DNA of 64,000 nt from a bacterium (GTDB taxonomy: Bacteria; Patescibacteriota; Saccharimonadia; Saccharimonadales; JAUPVS01). The translations under genes were made by a program, and so were the position numbers. Below the pieces are notes generated by a model. The model did no database searches, was not told the origin of the DNA, and saw nothing but the letters and a program-made list of their open reading frames with translations. The first letter of the stretch is position 1. Each line of letters begins with the position of its first letter. The stretch is from contig JAKOXV010000003.1 in assembly GCA_029780855.1 (NCBI GenBank), forward strand, positions 162,357 to 226,356, in the 5' to 3' direction. Positions 27,401 to 37,433 of the stretch are shown here, piece after piece.

Positions 27401-27973
27401 ATGAGATACATAACCGCCGGAATCATTGCGTTTTTCATCATCCTTTTTGGGGTGTTGTTGCTGACGCGCGGCGGCAATCAAACGGCAGTTTCTCCAAACG
27501 ACCGAGCTATAAAGCTTTCTAACTATGTCGCCAATCCGGATGCCAAGCTTGTATATATTAAAGACGGACCCATAAACGCTTCTCAAAACCACCGAGCAAT
27601 TCGGATTACGGTTACTCCAAACTTTAAAATCATCGACGTAATCCAGGGATATCAGGGTGCAGTTATTAAAACCGAAACATTTGCCAATTCTAACGATGCC
27701 TTCGGTCAGTTTTTAGCTGCTTTGGATAGGGTAGGCTATACCAAAGAAAACCGCGGCAAAAGCTATAAGGATTCGATTTCGGCTTGTCCTACGGCACTTC
27801 GGTACTACTATCGTATCTATGCATCTGATGAAGAAATTATGAACCTATGGTCGGCCTCCTGTACCACAGGCTCTTTTGCGGGTGATGTCCGCTCTACGCA
27901 GTCGCTATTTCAGGCGCAAATACCAGATTACTTTAAGTTTACCAATGGCGTGAACTTCGCGCTGAGCCAGTAG
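27401..27973 (+). CDS. membrane-anchored hypothetical protein
   Basis: N-terminal TM helix and two Cys in the extracellular region. Confidence 0.75.
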   Translation: MRYITAGIIAFFIILFGVLLLTRGGNQTAVSPNDRAIKLSNYVANPDAKLVYIKDGPINASQNHRAIRITVTPNFKIIDVIQGYQGAVIKTETFANSNDAFGQFLAALDRVGYTKENRGKSYKDSISACPTALRYYYRIYASDEEIMNLWSASCTTGSFAGDVRSTQSLFQAQIPDYFKFTNGVNFALSQ

Positions 27974-27988
27974 TTTAGGTAGAATAGG

Positions 27989-28558
27989 GTGGTGATAAAA
28001 GCGGTACTCTTTGATTACTTTGGGGTGATTAGCTCCGATGAATACTGGCGCTATGTGCGTGAAGATAAAAATATGCAAGCTGGTTTTCATGAGTTGTCGG
28101 ACCAGGTGAACAGGGGAAAGATTAGCTGGCAGGATTTTGAAGCTATTGTGGCTGAAAGAACAGGAACAAGCCGCCGAGCGGTTCATGCCATGTACGAGCA
28201 AGCGAGAATTGACCCACGGGTACTTGCGTATGCCCACGATCTGCATGAAACGTATAAAACAGCCCTGGTGACAAACGCTCACCATGAGTTTCTAGACCCC
28301 ATTGTTTCCAGTGCTCACCTCAGTAACGTTTTTGACCAAATTATCCTGTCCTCACGCATTGGCGCCACAAAACCGCAACCCCGTATTTATGAGGTAACGG
28401 CCCAAACTCTGGGCGTAATGCCAGAGGAATGCATATTCATTGACGACATAGGGCGAAACGTCGATGGTGCTGAAGCGGTGGGGATGCATGGGGTGTTATA
28501 CCAAGATCTTGTAACCTGTAAAAGTGTTGTAAAAAAGATTTTGAAACAGCAGTCCTAG
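27989..28558 (+). CDS. HAD-family phosphatase
   Basis: FDYFGV, VTN, KPQPRIY, FIDD, GM. Confidence 0.9.
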   Translation: MVIKAVLFDYFGVISSDEYWRYVREDKNMQAGFHELSDQVNRGKISWQDFEAIVAERTGTSRRAVHAMYEQARIDPRVLAYAHDLHETYKTALVTNAHHEFLDPIVSSAHLSNVFDQIILSSRIGATKPQPRIYEVTAQTLGVMPEECIFIDDIGRNVDGAEAVGMHGVLYQDLVTCKSVVKKILKQQS

Positions 28559-28605
28559 AAGCGTATACCGTAAGGTATACATAAACGTAAGCAAGGAAAA
28601 CAAAC

Positions 28606-28779
28606 ATGGCAATCATCGAAAGCGATTTTCCAGTCGATGTAGTCGGTGAATCACTATTGCCTCCACCTGAAACCGAGTGGGATGCAATGAATCGGTACTT
28701 TGACTGGGTGCATAAAACTGGTTTTTGGGCTCTACAAGGTGCGGCAGCCGATGAACAGGCGCCTAACCAATCCGAATAA
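28606..28779 (+). CDS. 57-aa small acidic protein (not in ORF track)
   Basis: MAIIESDFPVDVVGESLLPPPETEWDAMNRYFDWVHKTGFWALQGAAADEQAPNQSE; AAGGA upstream; fills the intergenic gap. Confidence 0.5.
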   Translation: MAIIESDFPVDVVGESLLPPPETEWDAMNRYFDWVHKTGFWALQGAAADEQAPNQSE

Positions 28780-29002
28780 CAAGTTTCTTTTCGGTATTGC
28801 AGAGCTTTTTGAGCGCGTAAAGGTGTGGCCGTAGGGTCCCAGCGAGTGCGCTTGAGCGAACTGAAATAATTATTTGTGAATCGTGTAACCCGACGGCAAC
28901 GGTTTCATGCAAGTTTTCTTGAATGTAGTTTTTGATAGTAGTAATTTCTTCCGGTTGTTGATCAAACCTATTTGCCATTATGTCCTGGAGCGAGTGAATC
29001 AT
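28763..29002 (-). CDS. small protein, possible DciA/DUF721-like
   Basis: IIISVRSSALAGTLR...KKLVIRIG resembles the DUF721 core; start re-called to 29002. Confidence 0.5.
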   Translation of the reverse strand: MIHSLQDIMANRFDQQPEEITTIKNYIQENLHETVAVGLHDSQIIISVRSSALAGTLRPHLYALKKLCNTEKKLVIRIG

Positions 29003-29094
29003 ACTGACATTATATCGTCCTATGTTAAATATACGATTGTTAATGCACTCAGTAGCGGGTATAGTAGCCTGCAACAGCGCATTATAAAGAGGGG

Positions 29095-29367
29095 ATGAGT
29101 CGTATGGGTGCAGATGCTAAAACCATCATAAGTGAACCAGTCGTGCTTGAAACGATTGAGCAGGTGGAAGCGTTACATGCAGTTTCAGAGTCCTACTTGG
29201 GGGACTCTCACGTTTTGGTAGGGCACTTGGCGGTGATGCTAGCACTTCCCAAAATGGGCGGTGCTTCACACCTGCCAATGGAGCTGACGTTCGGTGACGC
29301 CATAGTGGCGCGTGCTGTAATGCACGCCCATGAAATGGATGCCGAAGATTTTGGCCTGCTAGGTTGA
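29095..29367 (+). CDS. hypothetical protein
   Basis: 90-aa ORF filling the gap before mutM. Confidence 0.55.
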   Translation: MSRMGADAKTIISEPVVLETIEQVEALHAVSESYLGDSHVLVGHLAVMLALPKMGGASHLPMELTFGDAIVARAVMHAHEMDAEDFGLLG

Positions 29368-29379
29368 TACAATAGGTGT

Positions 29380-30258
29380 ATGCCAGAGTTACCAGAGGTT
29401 GAAACGGTCCGGCGAGGTTTGAGTGATCTTTTGCCCGGAAAGACAGTTCTTGCAGTTTCACACGACACACCCAAAAGTTTTCCTAACGCACCAGCAGATG
29501 TGAAAGAATTCCTGATCGGTGCAAAAGTCGAAGCGGTGAAACGGCGGGCAAAGGTGCTCATTATTGAGCTCGATACTAAGTACAGTTTAATCATACATTT
29601 AAAGATGACCGGACAGCTCGTATTTAGGTCACGTGATGATAAAAAACGCTTTGGTGCAGGGCATCCTAATCGCAGTTTAATCGGCGATTTACCAGATAAA
29701 AGCACCCGAGTAATTTTTGAGTTCAACGAAGCATTTTTGTACTTTAACGATCAGCGCAAATTTGGATGGGTTCGGCTCGTCCCGACTGCTGAAATTCCTA
29801 ACATCGATTTCTTTAGAAAGGTTGGCCCTGAGCCTTTGGCGGCAGATTTTAAGCCACAAGATTTCAAAAATAGGATACGCAGACGACCTAATAGCACTAT
29901 AAAAGCGGTACTGTTGGACCAAACGGTCATTGCCGGTGTCGGTAACATTTACGCCGATGAAAGTCTGTGGACGGCACGCATTCATCCGGAAACAAAAGTT
30001 CGGGATATATCACCCATAAAACTAACGAAGCTGTATCATGGATTACGTGACGTCATGTTCCTGAGCATCGAGAAGGGTGGAAGTAGCGATAAGAATTATG
30101 TTGATGTTGCAGGCCGCCAGGGTAGCTACCTGCAGTTTGCCAATGTGTTCAGGCGCGAAGGAAAAGCATGTCCACGGTGCGGACATGAAATAATCAAGAT
30201 AAGGGTAGCAGGTCGCGGCACGCACCTGTGCCCACACTGCCAAAGGAAAGTATCGTGA
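29380..30258 (+). CDS. mutM: formamidopyrimidine-DNA glycosylase
   Basis: [28 protein letters not shown]-terminal zinc finger. Confidence 0.97.
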   Translation: MPELPEVETVRRGLSDLLPGKTVLAVSHDTPKSFPNAPADVKEFLIGAKVEAVKRRAKVLIIELDTKYSLIIHLKMTGQLVFRSRDDKKRFGAGHPNRSLIGDLPDKSTRVIFEFNEAFLYFNDQRKFGWVRLVPTAEIPNIDFFRKVGPEPLAADFKPQDFKNRIRRRPNSTIKAVLLDQTVIAGVGNIYADESLWTARIHPETKVRDISPIKLTKLYHGLRDVMFLSIEKGGSSDKNYVDVAGRQGSYLQFANVFRREGKACPRCGHEIIKIRVAGRGTHLCPHCQRKVS

Positions 30259-30686
30259 AGATTAAAATCGTCAACAAATCAAAGCATCCGCTACCCAAAC
30301 ATGAATCAGCCCACGCTGCAGCAGTTGATCTGCGCGCAAACTTGGAGGAGCCGATTACCCTCCAGCCGTTAGATCGCGAAATAGTTCCAACAGGTTTGTA
30401 CATCGCGCTGCCCGTAGGCTATGAAGCTCAAATACGCCCACGAAGCGGTCTGGCAATTAAGCATGGCATCACCATGATAAACGCACCTGGTACCGTCGAT
30501 GCTGATTATCGCGGCGAATACTGTGTACTTATGGTGAATTTAGGTAAGGAACCGTACACCATTCACGACGGAGACCGAATTGCTCAGATGGTTATTGCCC
30601 GACATGAAACGGTTGAGTGGGAAGAGGTCGCCGCTCTTGATCAGACCGACCGTGCTGCTAAACGTTTTGGAAGCACCGGTCGGTAA
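30255..30686 (+). CDS. dut: dUTP diphosphatase
   Basis: [29 protein letters not shown]; GTG start at 30255. Confidence 0.96.
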   Translation: MKIKIVNKSKHPLPKHESAHAAAVDLRANLEEPITLQPLDREIVPTGLYIALPVGYEAQIRPRSGLAIKHGITMINAPGTVDADYRGEYCVLMVNLGKEPYTIHDGDRIAQMVIARHETVEWEEVAALDQTDRAAKRFGSTGR

Positions 30687-30708
30687 CAGCTGTTAAAATA
30701 GATTTACA

Positions 30709-31626
30709 GTGATAACGACAGTAACAGGAACAAACGCGTATCTTGTACGCCAGGAGCTAGCTCGACTAACTGGAGATTTTGTTGGTCGGTACGGTGATTT
30801 AGGTTTGGAGCGGTTCGAGTGTGATTCGCTCGATCCAGCAAGTCTCCCGGCAATTTTACAGTCATTGCCGTTCTTGGCTGAAAAACGGTTGGTAGTGCTA
30901 CACAATCCAACGGCTCAAAAGGCCGTAGTTGAGCAGGTCGAAAAGCTGCTTGCCGATATTCCGGAAACCACCGATCTTATTATTGTTGAGCCAACGCTTG
31001 ATAAGCGGACCAGCTTTTATAAGGCATTAAAAAAAGACACCGAATTTAAGAGTTTTGATAGTCTCGACGAACGAAATCTGGTGAAATGGCTGGAAGCAAG
31101 CGCAAAAGAGCAGGGTGGCAGCATTAGTTCGGCCGACGCAAACTACTTGGTACGGCAGATCGGTACCAATCAATCTATGCTCGCCAACGAACTTTCCAAA
31201 CTAGTAGCCTATGATCCTCAGATAACAAAGCAAAGCATCGACCTGCTGACCGAACCGCTGCCCCTGAGTAGCGTGTTCGATCTTCTGGATGCGGCCCTGG
31301 CGGGTAATCGTAAAAAAATTGTTGCGCTCTATAAGGAACAACGACAGCAAAAGGTTGAACCGCATGCAATCTTGGGAATGCTTGCATGGCAATTGCATGT
31401 TTTGTCACTGCTTAAAACTTCCGCAGGTCGCGACCCTCAACAAATTGTGTCAGAGGGAAAAGTGAGCCCCTTTGTGGTTCGCAAGAGCCAAGGTGTAGCG
31501 GCGGCTCTGTCATTTGAAGACCTCAAACGATGGGTTCACGATGCCCGGCAACTGGATATGCGCCTAAAGTCAGAACCAATTGATGCCGATGATGCCATGC
31601 TTTACTACCTGCTCACCCTAAAATAA
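30709..31626 (+). CDS. holA: DNA polymerase III delta subunit
   Basis: SLPFLAEKRLVV, LDKRT, NELSKL, VFDLLDA. Confidence 0.9.
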   Translation: MITTVTGTNAYLVRQELARLTGDFVGRYGDLGLERFECDSLDPASLPAILQSLPFLAEKRLVVLHNPTAQKAVVEQVEKLLADIPETTDLIIVEPTLDKRTSFYKALKKDTEFKSFDSLDERNLVKWLEASAKEQGGSISSADANYLVRQIGTNQSMLANELSKLVAYDPQITKQSIDLLTEPLPLSSVFDLLDAALAGNRKKIVALYKEQRQQKVEPHAILGMLAWQLHVLSLLKTSAGRDPQQIVSEGKVSPFVVRKSQGVAAALSFEDLKRWVHDARQLDMRLKSEPIDADDAMLYYLLTLK

Positions 31627-31650
31627 AATCACCCCTAGGAAGGGGTGATT
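31627..31650. terminator. hairpin terminator between holA and rpsT
   Basis: AATCACCCCT-agga-AGGGGTGATT. Confidence 0.8.
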
Positions 31651-31669
31651 GGTAGTGCAACCCAGTACC

Positions 31670-32023
31670 TTATTTAGTGGTTTTCTTGGCAGCAGGTTTC
31701 TTAGCGGCTGGCTTTTTTGCAGCAGCTTTTTTGGCAGCTGGCTTCTTGGCAGCAGGTTTCTTTGTTCCTGCAGCTGCTTTAGCAGCACGGGCAAGCTGAG
31801 CCTTCTTACGGGCAGCCTTGTTTTTGTGGATTACACCTTTTTTGGCAGCCTTATCAATAGCACTCTGGGCTTTTGACTGGGCTTTTTTGCTGTCTTTACC
31901 ACCGCTGATGGCAGCCTGGAAAGATTTGACTGCACTCTTAAGAGCGCGCTTAGTTTTGCTATTACGAATAGCCGCTTTCTGGGCGGTCTTTACTCGCTTT
32001 TTAGCTGACTTAATAATGGGCAT
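31670..32023 (-). CDS. rpsT: 30S ribosomal protein S20 with KKPAA-repeat tail
   Basis: MPIIKSAKKR...IDKAAKKGVIHKNKAARKK. Confidence 0.95.
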   Translation of the reverse strand: MPIIKSAKKRVKTAQKAAIRNSKTKRALKSAVKSFQAAISGGKDSKKAQSKAQSAIDKAAKKGVIHKNKAARKKAQLARAAKAAAGTKKPAAKKPAAKKAAAKKPAAKKPAAKKTTK

Positions 32024-32192
32024 GTATTCCTGTCCTTTTACTTAGAATTTTGCTCGACACTAAACTATACCGGGATCATCCCTGTTTGTAAAGTGTTAAT
32101 GGTTCAGGTTTTTGCCAAGGTGACAAAATAGTAGACAAACATAAGCATTCATGGTAATTTTTATGGTATAGGTTCCCTAAAAACAAACACCC

Positions 32193-33989
32193 ATGGACCA
32201 AAGCGTAAAACAACAGATTATTGATCGCTTAAAGACAGCGAACAATGTGCTGGTAACGGTGAGTACTAACCCATCCGTTGACCAGCTTGCTGCTTGTATT
32301 GGTTTTACCTTGCTCCTGAACCATTTAGGAAAACACGGCACCGCAGTGTTCAGCGGTGAAGTGCCCTCAACCATCGAGTTTTTGAAACCCGAAGAAACCT
32401 TAGAAACTAACACCAATTCATTGCGTGATTTCATCATTGCCCTTGATAAATCCAAAGCCGATAAGCTGCGGTATAAAGTAGAAGATAAGGTTGTAAAGAT
32501 ATTCATTACGCCGTATCGGACTAGTTTAAGCCAAGAAGACCTTGAATTTAGCCAGGGTGATTTTAATGTTGATGTAGTTCTAGCGTTAGGCGTTAAAGAG
32601 CGCCAAGATCTTGATAGTGCAATTACCAATCACGGCCGGATTCTGCATGACGCTACGGTTATATCCGTGAATAATCACGAACAAGGTGACTTAGGGACGA
32701 TCAATTGGGTAGATTTAAACGCTTCGAGTCTGTGTGAGATGCTCGTAGATGTCAGTAAGGGATTAACATCCGATAAAATGGATACCCAGATGGCGACAGC
32801 CTTCATGACGGGAATCGTAGCTGAAACGGATCGGTTCAGCAATGACAAAACTAGCCCGCGGACGATGACCTTATCAGCCGAACTGCTCGGAGCAGGCGCC
32901 AACCAACAGTTAATCGCCAGCAAGCTTGAGCCAGAGGTCAACTTGCAAAAGCCAGCGGCAGCCGCACCACAAGCCGAGGCAGCTGAACCGGCATCCGAAA
33001 GTGCTGACGGTTCCCTGAAGATATCGCATGAAGAAAAGCAGGAAGAACCAGTGGAAACCGAACCAGACGTCGCAGCAGAACCAGAGCCCGAGGCAGAGGC
33101 AGTTCCAAGCAGCACAGCAGACGAAGAACCTGAACTAAAACTACCCGAGCCACCCAAGCCGAAAATTGGGAAGGCACGACCCACTGGTGAGGAGCCCTCA
33201 CACCTCCAAAATGCATCCAATATGGTGCTAGAACCCCCTACACTTGGTGGTCGCCTGACTGCTAATAGTGAACCGGAACACATGCATCTTGATCCTTCTA
33301 CAGACCCCCTAAGTACACCCTCTACACTTCAACACAAGATCCTAAACAGGGAAGGTGACGAGCCGGCTACATCATCAGTTCCAATCTCACCTCCACAACC
33401 GGCCAATCAGACGCTTACTAATTTAGAGAAAAACATCGGTAGTCCACATGCCGAACCTAAGCCTGAGCCACCTGCTATGCCCCCGAAAGCTCCTGAGGTC
33501 CCGCAGCCTAAGCCAGAGCCTACTGCTCCCCTAAAGCCGGAACCGCCAAAACCAGAACCCGTCATTCCCGTAGTGCCAGACACTCCGGAGCCTTCTGGGC
33601 CACCCGCAGAATCGGTGGATGATGCCCGGCAAGCTGTTGATCAGGCAATAAAAGCCGCCGGTGGAGATCAGACAACCCTTGATCCAATCGAAGCTCTCGG
33701 AGCACAGCCGGTAGATCTAAATCTTGGTCATCAATCGGGTCAAGAGCCTACTGTTCCGTCACCTCAGCGGGATAATACAGCTGATCAGGGTGATGATAAG
33801 GTGCCCACCGGGATGCCTGAACTACCAACCATGCCATTTCCGGGACCAATGCCTCCTTCGCCAACACAGGGGCCACAGTTACCCCCGAACCTAGTTCCCA
33901 ATAAACCTCCTGAAGATACATCCGGTAACAATGGCAGTTCTCCTACGCCTCCGCCGCCCGTTCCGCCGCCCATGACACCCTTCCAGTAG
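32193..33989 (+). CDS. DHH/NrnA-like N-terminal domain (degenerate) plus long Pro/Glu-rich tail
   Basis: NPSVD, INWVD..ASSLCE, TGIVAETDRF, LLGAGA; about 350 aa of low-complexity C-terminus. Confidence 0.75.
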   Translation: MDQSVKQQIIDRLKTANNVLVTVSTNPSVDQLAACIGFTLLLNHLGKHGTAVFSGEVPSTIEFLKPEETLETNTNSLRDFIIALDKSKADKLRYKVEDKVVKIFITPYRTSLSQEDLEFSQGDFNVDVVLALGVKERQDLDSAITNHGRILHDATVISVNNHEQGDLGTINWVDLNASSLCEMLVDVSKGLTSDKMDTQMATAFMTGIVAETDRFSNDKTSPRTMTLSAELLGAGANQQLIASKLEPEVNLQKPAAAAPQAEAAEPASESADGSLKISHEEKQEEPVETEPDVAAEPEPEAEAVPSSTADEEPELKLPEPPKPKIGKARPTGEEPSHLQNASNMVLEPPTLGGRLTANSEPEHMHLDPSTDPLSTPSTLQHKILNREGDEPATSSVPISPPQPANQTLTNLEKNIGSPHAEPKPEPPAMPPKAPEVPQPKPEPTAPLKPEPPKPEPVIPVVPDTPEPSGPPAESVDDARQAVDQAIKAAGGDQTTLDPIEALGAQPVDLNLGHQSGQEPTVPSPQRDNTADQGDDKVPTGMPELPTMPFPGPMPPSPTQGPQLPPNLVPNKPPEDTSGNNGSSPTPPPPVPPPMTPFQ

Positions 33990-34004
33990 GGTATACTAGG
34001 CGCC

Positions 34005-34691
34005 ATGGATGGATTTCTACTGATAGACAAGCCCAAAAATTGGACGTCTTTTGATGTAGTGGCTAAAATCCGAGGCATTGCCAAAGCAGAAACGGGTATA
34101 AAACGTTTCAAAGTCGGCCATGCCGGTACACTTGACCCCTTGGCCACTGGTCTGCTTATTATTTTGCTCGGTAAGTATACAAAACGGGCTGCTGAGTTCT
34201 CTAAATTGGATAAAACCTATGAAGTTACAGCATGCTTAGGAAAAACCAGTACAACTGGCGATGAAGAAGGTCAGAAGACAGAAGGGAGCGACAGCCAGCC
34301 TGCTCTGCAAGATATCCAGGCCGTTCTGGATGCCTTTACTGGTGAGCAATCTCAGGTTCCGCCACAATATTCAGCGGTAAAAGTAGGCGGCAAAAAGGCT
34401 TATGAGATTGCTCGAAAGGGCAGTACGGTAGCGCTAGAGCCTCGAACAATCACCGTTCACGAAATATCGGCGGTTCATTACGATTATCCGCTGCTATCTT
34501 TTAGAGTGAGCGTGTCGAGTGGTACGTACATTCGGTCATTGGTAGAAGACATCGGTACAGCCCTACATACCGGGGCCTATACTACCAATCTACGTCGAGT
34601 TAGTATCGGGGGTTATACTGTTACAAAAGCCCTAAGTGTAGAAAAAATTGATACACCGATCCTCAAGCAAAATCTGACCATGCTCGACTGA
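34005..34691 (+). CDS. truB: tRNA pseudouridine(55) synthase
   Basis: DKP..WTSFDVV, GHAGTLDPLATG, QVPPQYSA, SGTYIRSL. Confidence 0.96.
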   Translation: MDGFLLIDKPKNWTSFDVVAKIRGIAKAETGIKRFKVGHAGTLDPLATGLLIILLGKYTKRAAEFSKLDKTYEVTACLGKTSTTGDEEGQKTEGSDSQPALQDIQAVLDAFTGEQSQVPPQYSAVKVGGKKAYEIARKGSTVALEPRTITVHEISAVHYDYPLLSFRVSVSSGTYIRSLVEDIGTALHTGAYTTNLRRVSIGGYTVTKALSVEKIDTPILKQNLTMLD

Positions 34692-34776
34692 AAAAAAATA
34701 TTGCCAAACAGTGGTCAGTGTGCTAGAATAGCCCTAACGCCATCAATCTCTTATCAATAAATTTACAAGGAAATAC

Positions 34777-35043
34777 ATGATTTCAACAGAGAAGAAGCAA
34801 GCAATCGTAAAGGATTTGCAGGTCAATAAGAAAGATAACGGTTCAGCAGAAGTACAAATTGGTATCCTAAGTGCTCGGATTGAGGAGTTAACCCAGCATC
34901 TTAAAGAGAACAAGAAAGACTTCATGGCTCGCCGAGGACTTTTGCAGATGGTCGGCAAACGACGCCGTTTGCTACGCTATCTCGCCAAGCAAGACAGCAA
35001 AAAGTACCTGGAGCTTACAGAAAAGCTCAAGATTCGTCGGTAA
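34777..35043 (+). CDS. rpsO: 30S ribosomal protein S15
   Basis: GSAEVQI, HLKENKKD, RRGLLQMVGKRRRLL. Confidence 0.97.
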   Translation: MISTEKKQAIVKDLQVNKKDNGSAEVQIGILSARIEELTQHLKENKKDFMARRGLLQMVGKRRRLLRYLAKQDSKKYLELTEKLKIRR

Positions 35044-35112
35044 TTTGCATAGACTACTCCCGCCACAACCAGGCGGGACAAGCTTGTGCACATTAATAGA
35101 TCAAACTAGCTA

Positions 35113-35198
35113 TTTGGGTGTAGGGAAGCAGATATATGGCGCTTGAATATTCAGCAAACGCACAAGGAGCTCCCGTATATTTGGCCCATACACCCAAA
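35113..35198 (+). promoter_or_regulatory. long stem-loop in the pnp 5' leader (RNase III-type substrate candidate)
   Basis: tttgggtgta/tacacccaaa outer stem and agatatatgg/ccgtatattt inner stem. Confidence 0.6.
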
Positions 35199-35231
35199 AA
35201 CAATTGACCAGAAAGGAACACCACGACAACA

Positions 35232-37421
35232 ATGGGAGAAATCATTAACCCAAGTGGCAAACCAATTATTAAAGTAGAGACCGAGTTCTGCGGTCGACCC
35301 CTAAGCTTAGAAGTAGGCCGTGTAGGCTTCCGTTCCAGCGCATCTGTACTTGCGCGTTACGGCGATACGGTCGTACTTGGAACCGCTATGGTCAGCCCAA
35401 AGAGTGTCCAGGGCATGGATTATTTCCCGCTCAGCATCGATTACGAAGAAAAGATGTACGCAGCCGGAAAAATCAGTGGCTCACGATTTATTAAACGAGA
35501 AGGCCGTCCGAGCGATGAAGCCATTCTTATAGGCCGCTTGATCGACCGACCGATTCGACCACTCTGGCCAAAAGGCTACCGCCATGAAGTGCAGGGTATT
35601 GCTACGGTACTGAGCCTGGACCCGGACTTTCGTCCGGATATGATCGCTATGATTGCTATGAGTGCTGCCTTCATGCTTACCGGTGCGCCATTTGATGGCC
35701 CGGTTTCCGGTGTTCGAGTGGGCATGGACGGTGATGAGTTTAAAGCGTTCATGAGTTCTGAAGAACTAAAAAACGGCAAACTTGATCTCGTGGTGGCAGG
35801 AACAAAAGATGCCATCATGATGGTTGAAGCTGGTGCACAAGAAGTTAGCGAAGAAGTTATTGCCAAGGCTTTGCAGTTTGGCCATGACGCTATGCAGCCG
35901 GCGATTGCACTGCAAGAGGAGCTAGTGAAGAAGGTTGGTGTAACCAAGCAAGCGTATGAACTAACCCTTCCTGATGAAGACATTTTGCAGCGAGCAGAAA
36001 CATGGCTAGCCGGTAAGCTTGGAGCTGCCGTCAGAGCTGAGTACCCAGAGCGCAATGAGCTCCTTCAGAAGCTCCGTGAGGAAATGCACGCCCATTTTGA
36101 AACCGAGTTTGGAGATGATTACGCCGAAGTTAAAAATGACCATGACGAAGCCTTTACAATGGCCGTTCACAAAGACGTCCGCAAAGAAATTATTGCTACG
36201 AACTTGCGTCCGGATGGTCGTAAGCTAACGGAAATCCGCCCACTGTCCAGTGAGGTGAGTGTACTGCCTCGGGCACACGGCTCAAGTATCTTTACGAGAG
36301 GCGTTACGCAGGCGATGAATATCGTTACGCTGGCACCGCTGAGCTACGCACAGCTCGTCGATACCATGGAACACGAAGGTGAGCGCCGTTACCTTCATCA
36401 CTATAACGCTCCGGGTTGGACTGTCGGAGAGGTAAAGCGACTTGGTTCTCCGGGTCGGCGAGAAATCGGTCACGGCTATTTAGCAGAACGAGCTCTCACG
36501 CCGGTACTGCCTAGCGAAGAAGAGTTTCCCTACACGATTCGTTCGGTAACTGAAATCATGAGTCAGAACGGCTCAACAAGCATGGCAGCAACCTGCTCGA
36601 GCTGTATGGCGCTTATGGACGCTGGTGTACCGCTGAAGCGACCGGTAAGTGGTATTGCCATGGGTCTCATGATGGATGGCGATACGCCGTACATTTTGAG
36701 TGATATCGCTGATACTGAGGATTTTGCTGGCGATATGGACTTTAAGGTAACCGGTACTACAGAAGGTATCACCGCCTTGCAGATGGACATGAAAGTCCAC
36801 GGCTTGCCCGTTGAAATCCTAAAGAAGGCACTACTTCAGGGTAAAGAGGGTCGGGCACATATTTTGGAGCATATGCTCAGTGTCATAAAAGCTCCAAGTA
36901 AAGAAATGAGCCCCTACGCCCCCCGAGTTGAATCGATCAAAATCAATCCTGATAAGATCCGTGAAATCATTGGTAAGGGCGGTGAAACTATTCAAAAGAT
37001 TACCGCTGAGACCGGAGCCGAAATTGATATCAAAGATGACGGCCTGGTGATGATAGCTAGTCCGGATGGAGCCTCTATCGAAGCGGCCAAGAAATGGATC
37101 GCTGGTATCGTAGAAGAACCAGAAGTAGGTAAAATCTATACTGATGTTCCGGTGGTTAGCGTGATGGACTTTGGGGTATTCGTGCAGGTGCTGCCCGGTA
37201 AAGATGGCTTGGTGCACGTCTCGGAAATGTCCGAAGAGCGGGTAGAAAAACCAAGTGATGTGGTCAAAGAAGGCGACAAAGTCACTGTTAAACTGGTAGC
37301 CATTGACGACCGCGGTAGGCTGCAGCTAAGTATGAAGGCTGCTGCTCGCGAAGCGGGAAGCCCGTCGAAGACGCAGGCTGCTGCTCGCGAAGCGGGAAGC
37401 CCAAAGAAGACTAAAAAATAG
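35232..37421 (+). CDS. pnp: polyribonucleotide nucleotidyltransferase
   Basis: YFPLSIDY, RLIDRPIRPL, RREIGHG, NGSTSMA, GDMDFKV, KH and S1 domains. Confidence 0.98.
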   Translation: MGEIINPSGKPIIKVETEFCGRPLSLEVGRVGFRSSASVLARYGDTVVLGTAMVSPKSVQGMDYFPLSIDYEEKMYAAGKISGSRFIKREGRPSDEAILIGRLIDRPIRPLWPKGYRHEVQGIATVLSLDPDFRPDMIAMIAMSAAFMLTGAPFDGPVSGVRVGMDGDEFKAFMSSEELKNGKLDLVVAGTKDAIMMVEAGAQEVSEEVIAKALQFGHDAMQPAIALQEELVKKVGVTKQAYELTLPDEDILQRAETWLAGKLGAAVRAEYPERNELLQKLREEMHAHFETEFGDDYAEVKNDHDEAFTMAVHKDVRKEIIATNLRPDGRKLTEIRPLSSEVSVLPRAHGSSIFTRGVTQAMNIVTLAPLSYAQLVDTMEHEGERRYLHHYNAPGWTVGEVKRLGSPGRREIGHGYLAERALTPVLPSEEEFPYTIRSVTEIMSQNGSTSMAATCSSCMALMDAGVPLKRPVSGIAMGLMMDGDTPYILSDIADTEDFAGDMDFKVTGTTEGITALQMDMKVHGLPVEILKKALLQGKEGRAHILEHMLSVIKAPSKEMSPYAPRVESIKINPDKIREIIGKGGETIQKITAETGAEIDIKDDGLVMIASPDGASIEAAKKWIAGIVEEPEVGKIYTDVPVVSVMDFGVFVQVLPGKDGLVHVSEMSEERVEKPSDVVKEGDKVTVKLVAIDDRGRLQLSMKAAAREAGSPSKTQAAAREAGSPKKTKK
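37336..37402 (+). repeat. two identical 28-bp repeats (39-bp period) in the pnp 3' end
   Basis: aggctgctgctcgcgaagcgggaagccc at 37336-37363 and 37375-37402. Confidence 0.9.
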
Positions 37422-37433
37422 GGGGATAGGTAG

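Noticed and set aside
37336-37402. CRISPR array
   Set aside because: Only two repeats with an 11-bp spacer, in frame inside pnp, and no cas genes.
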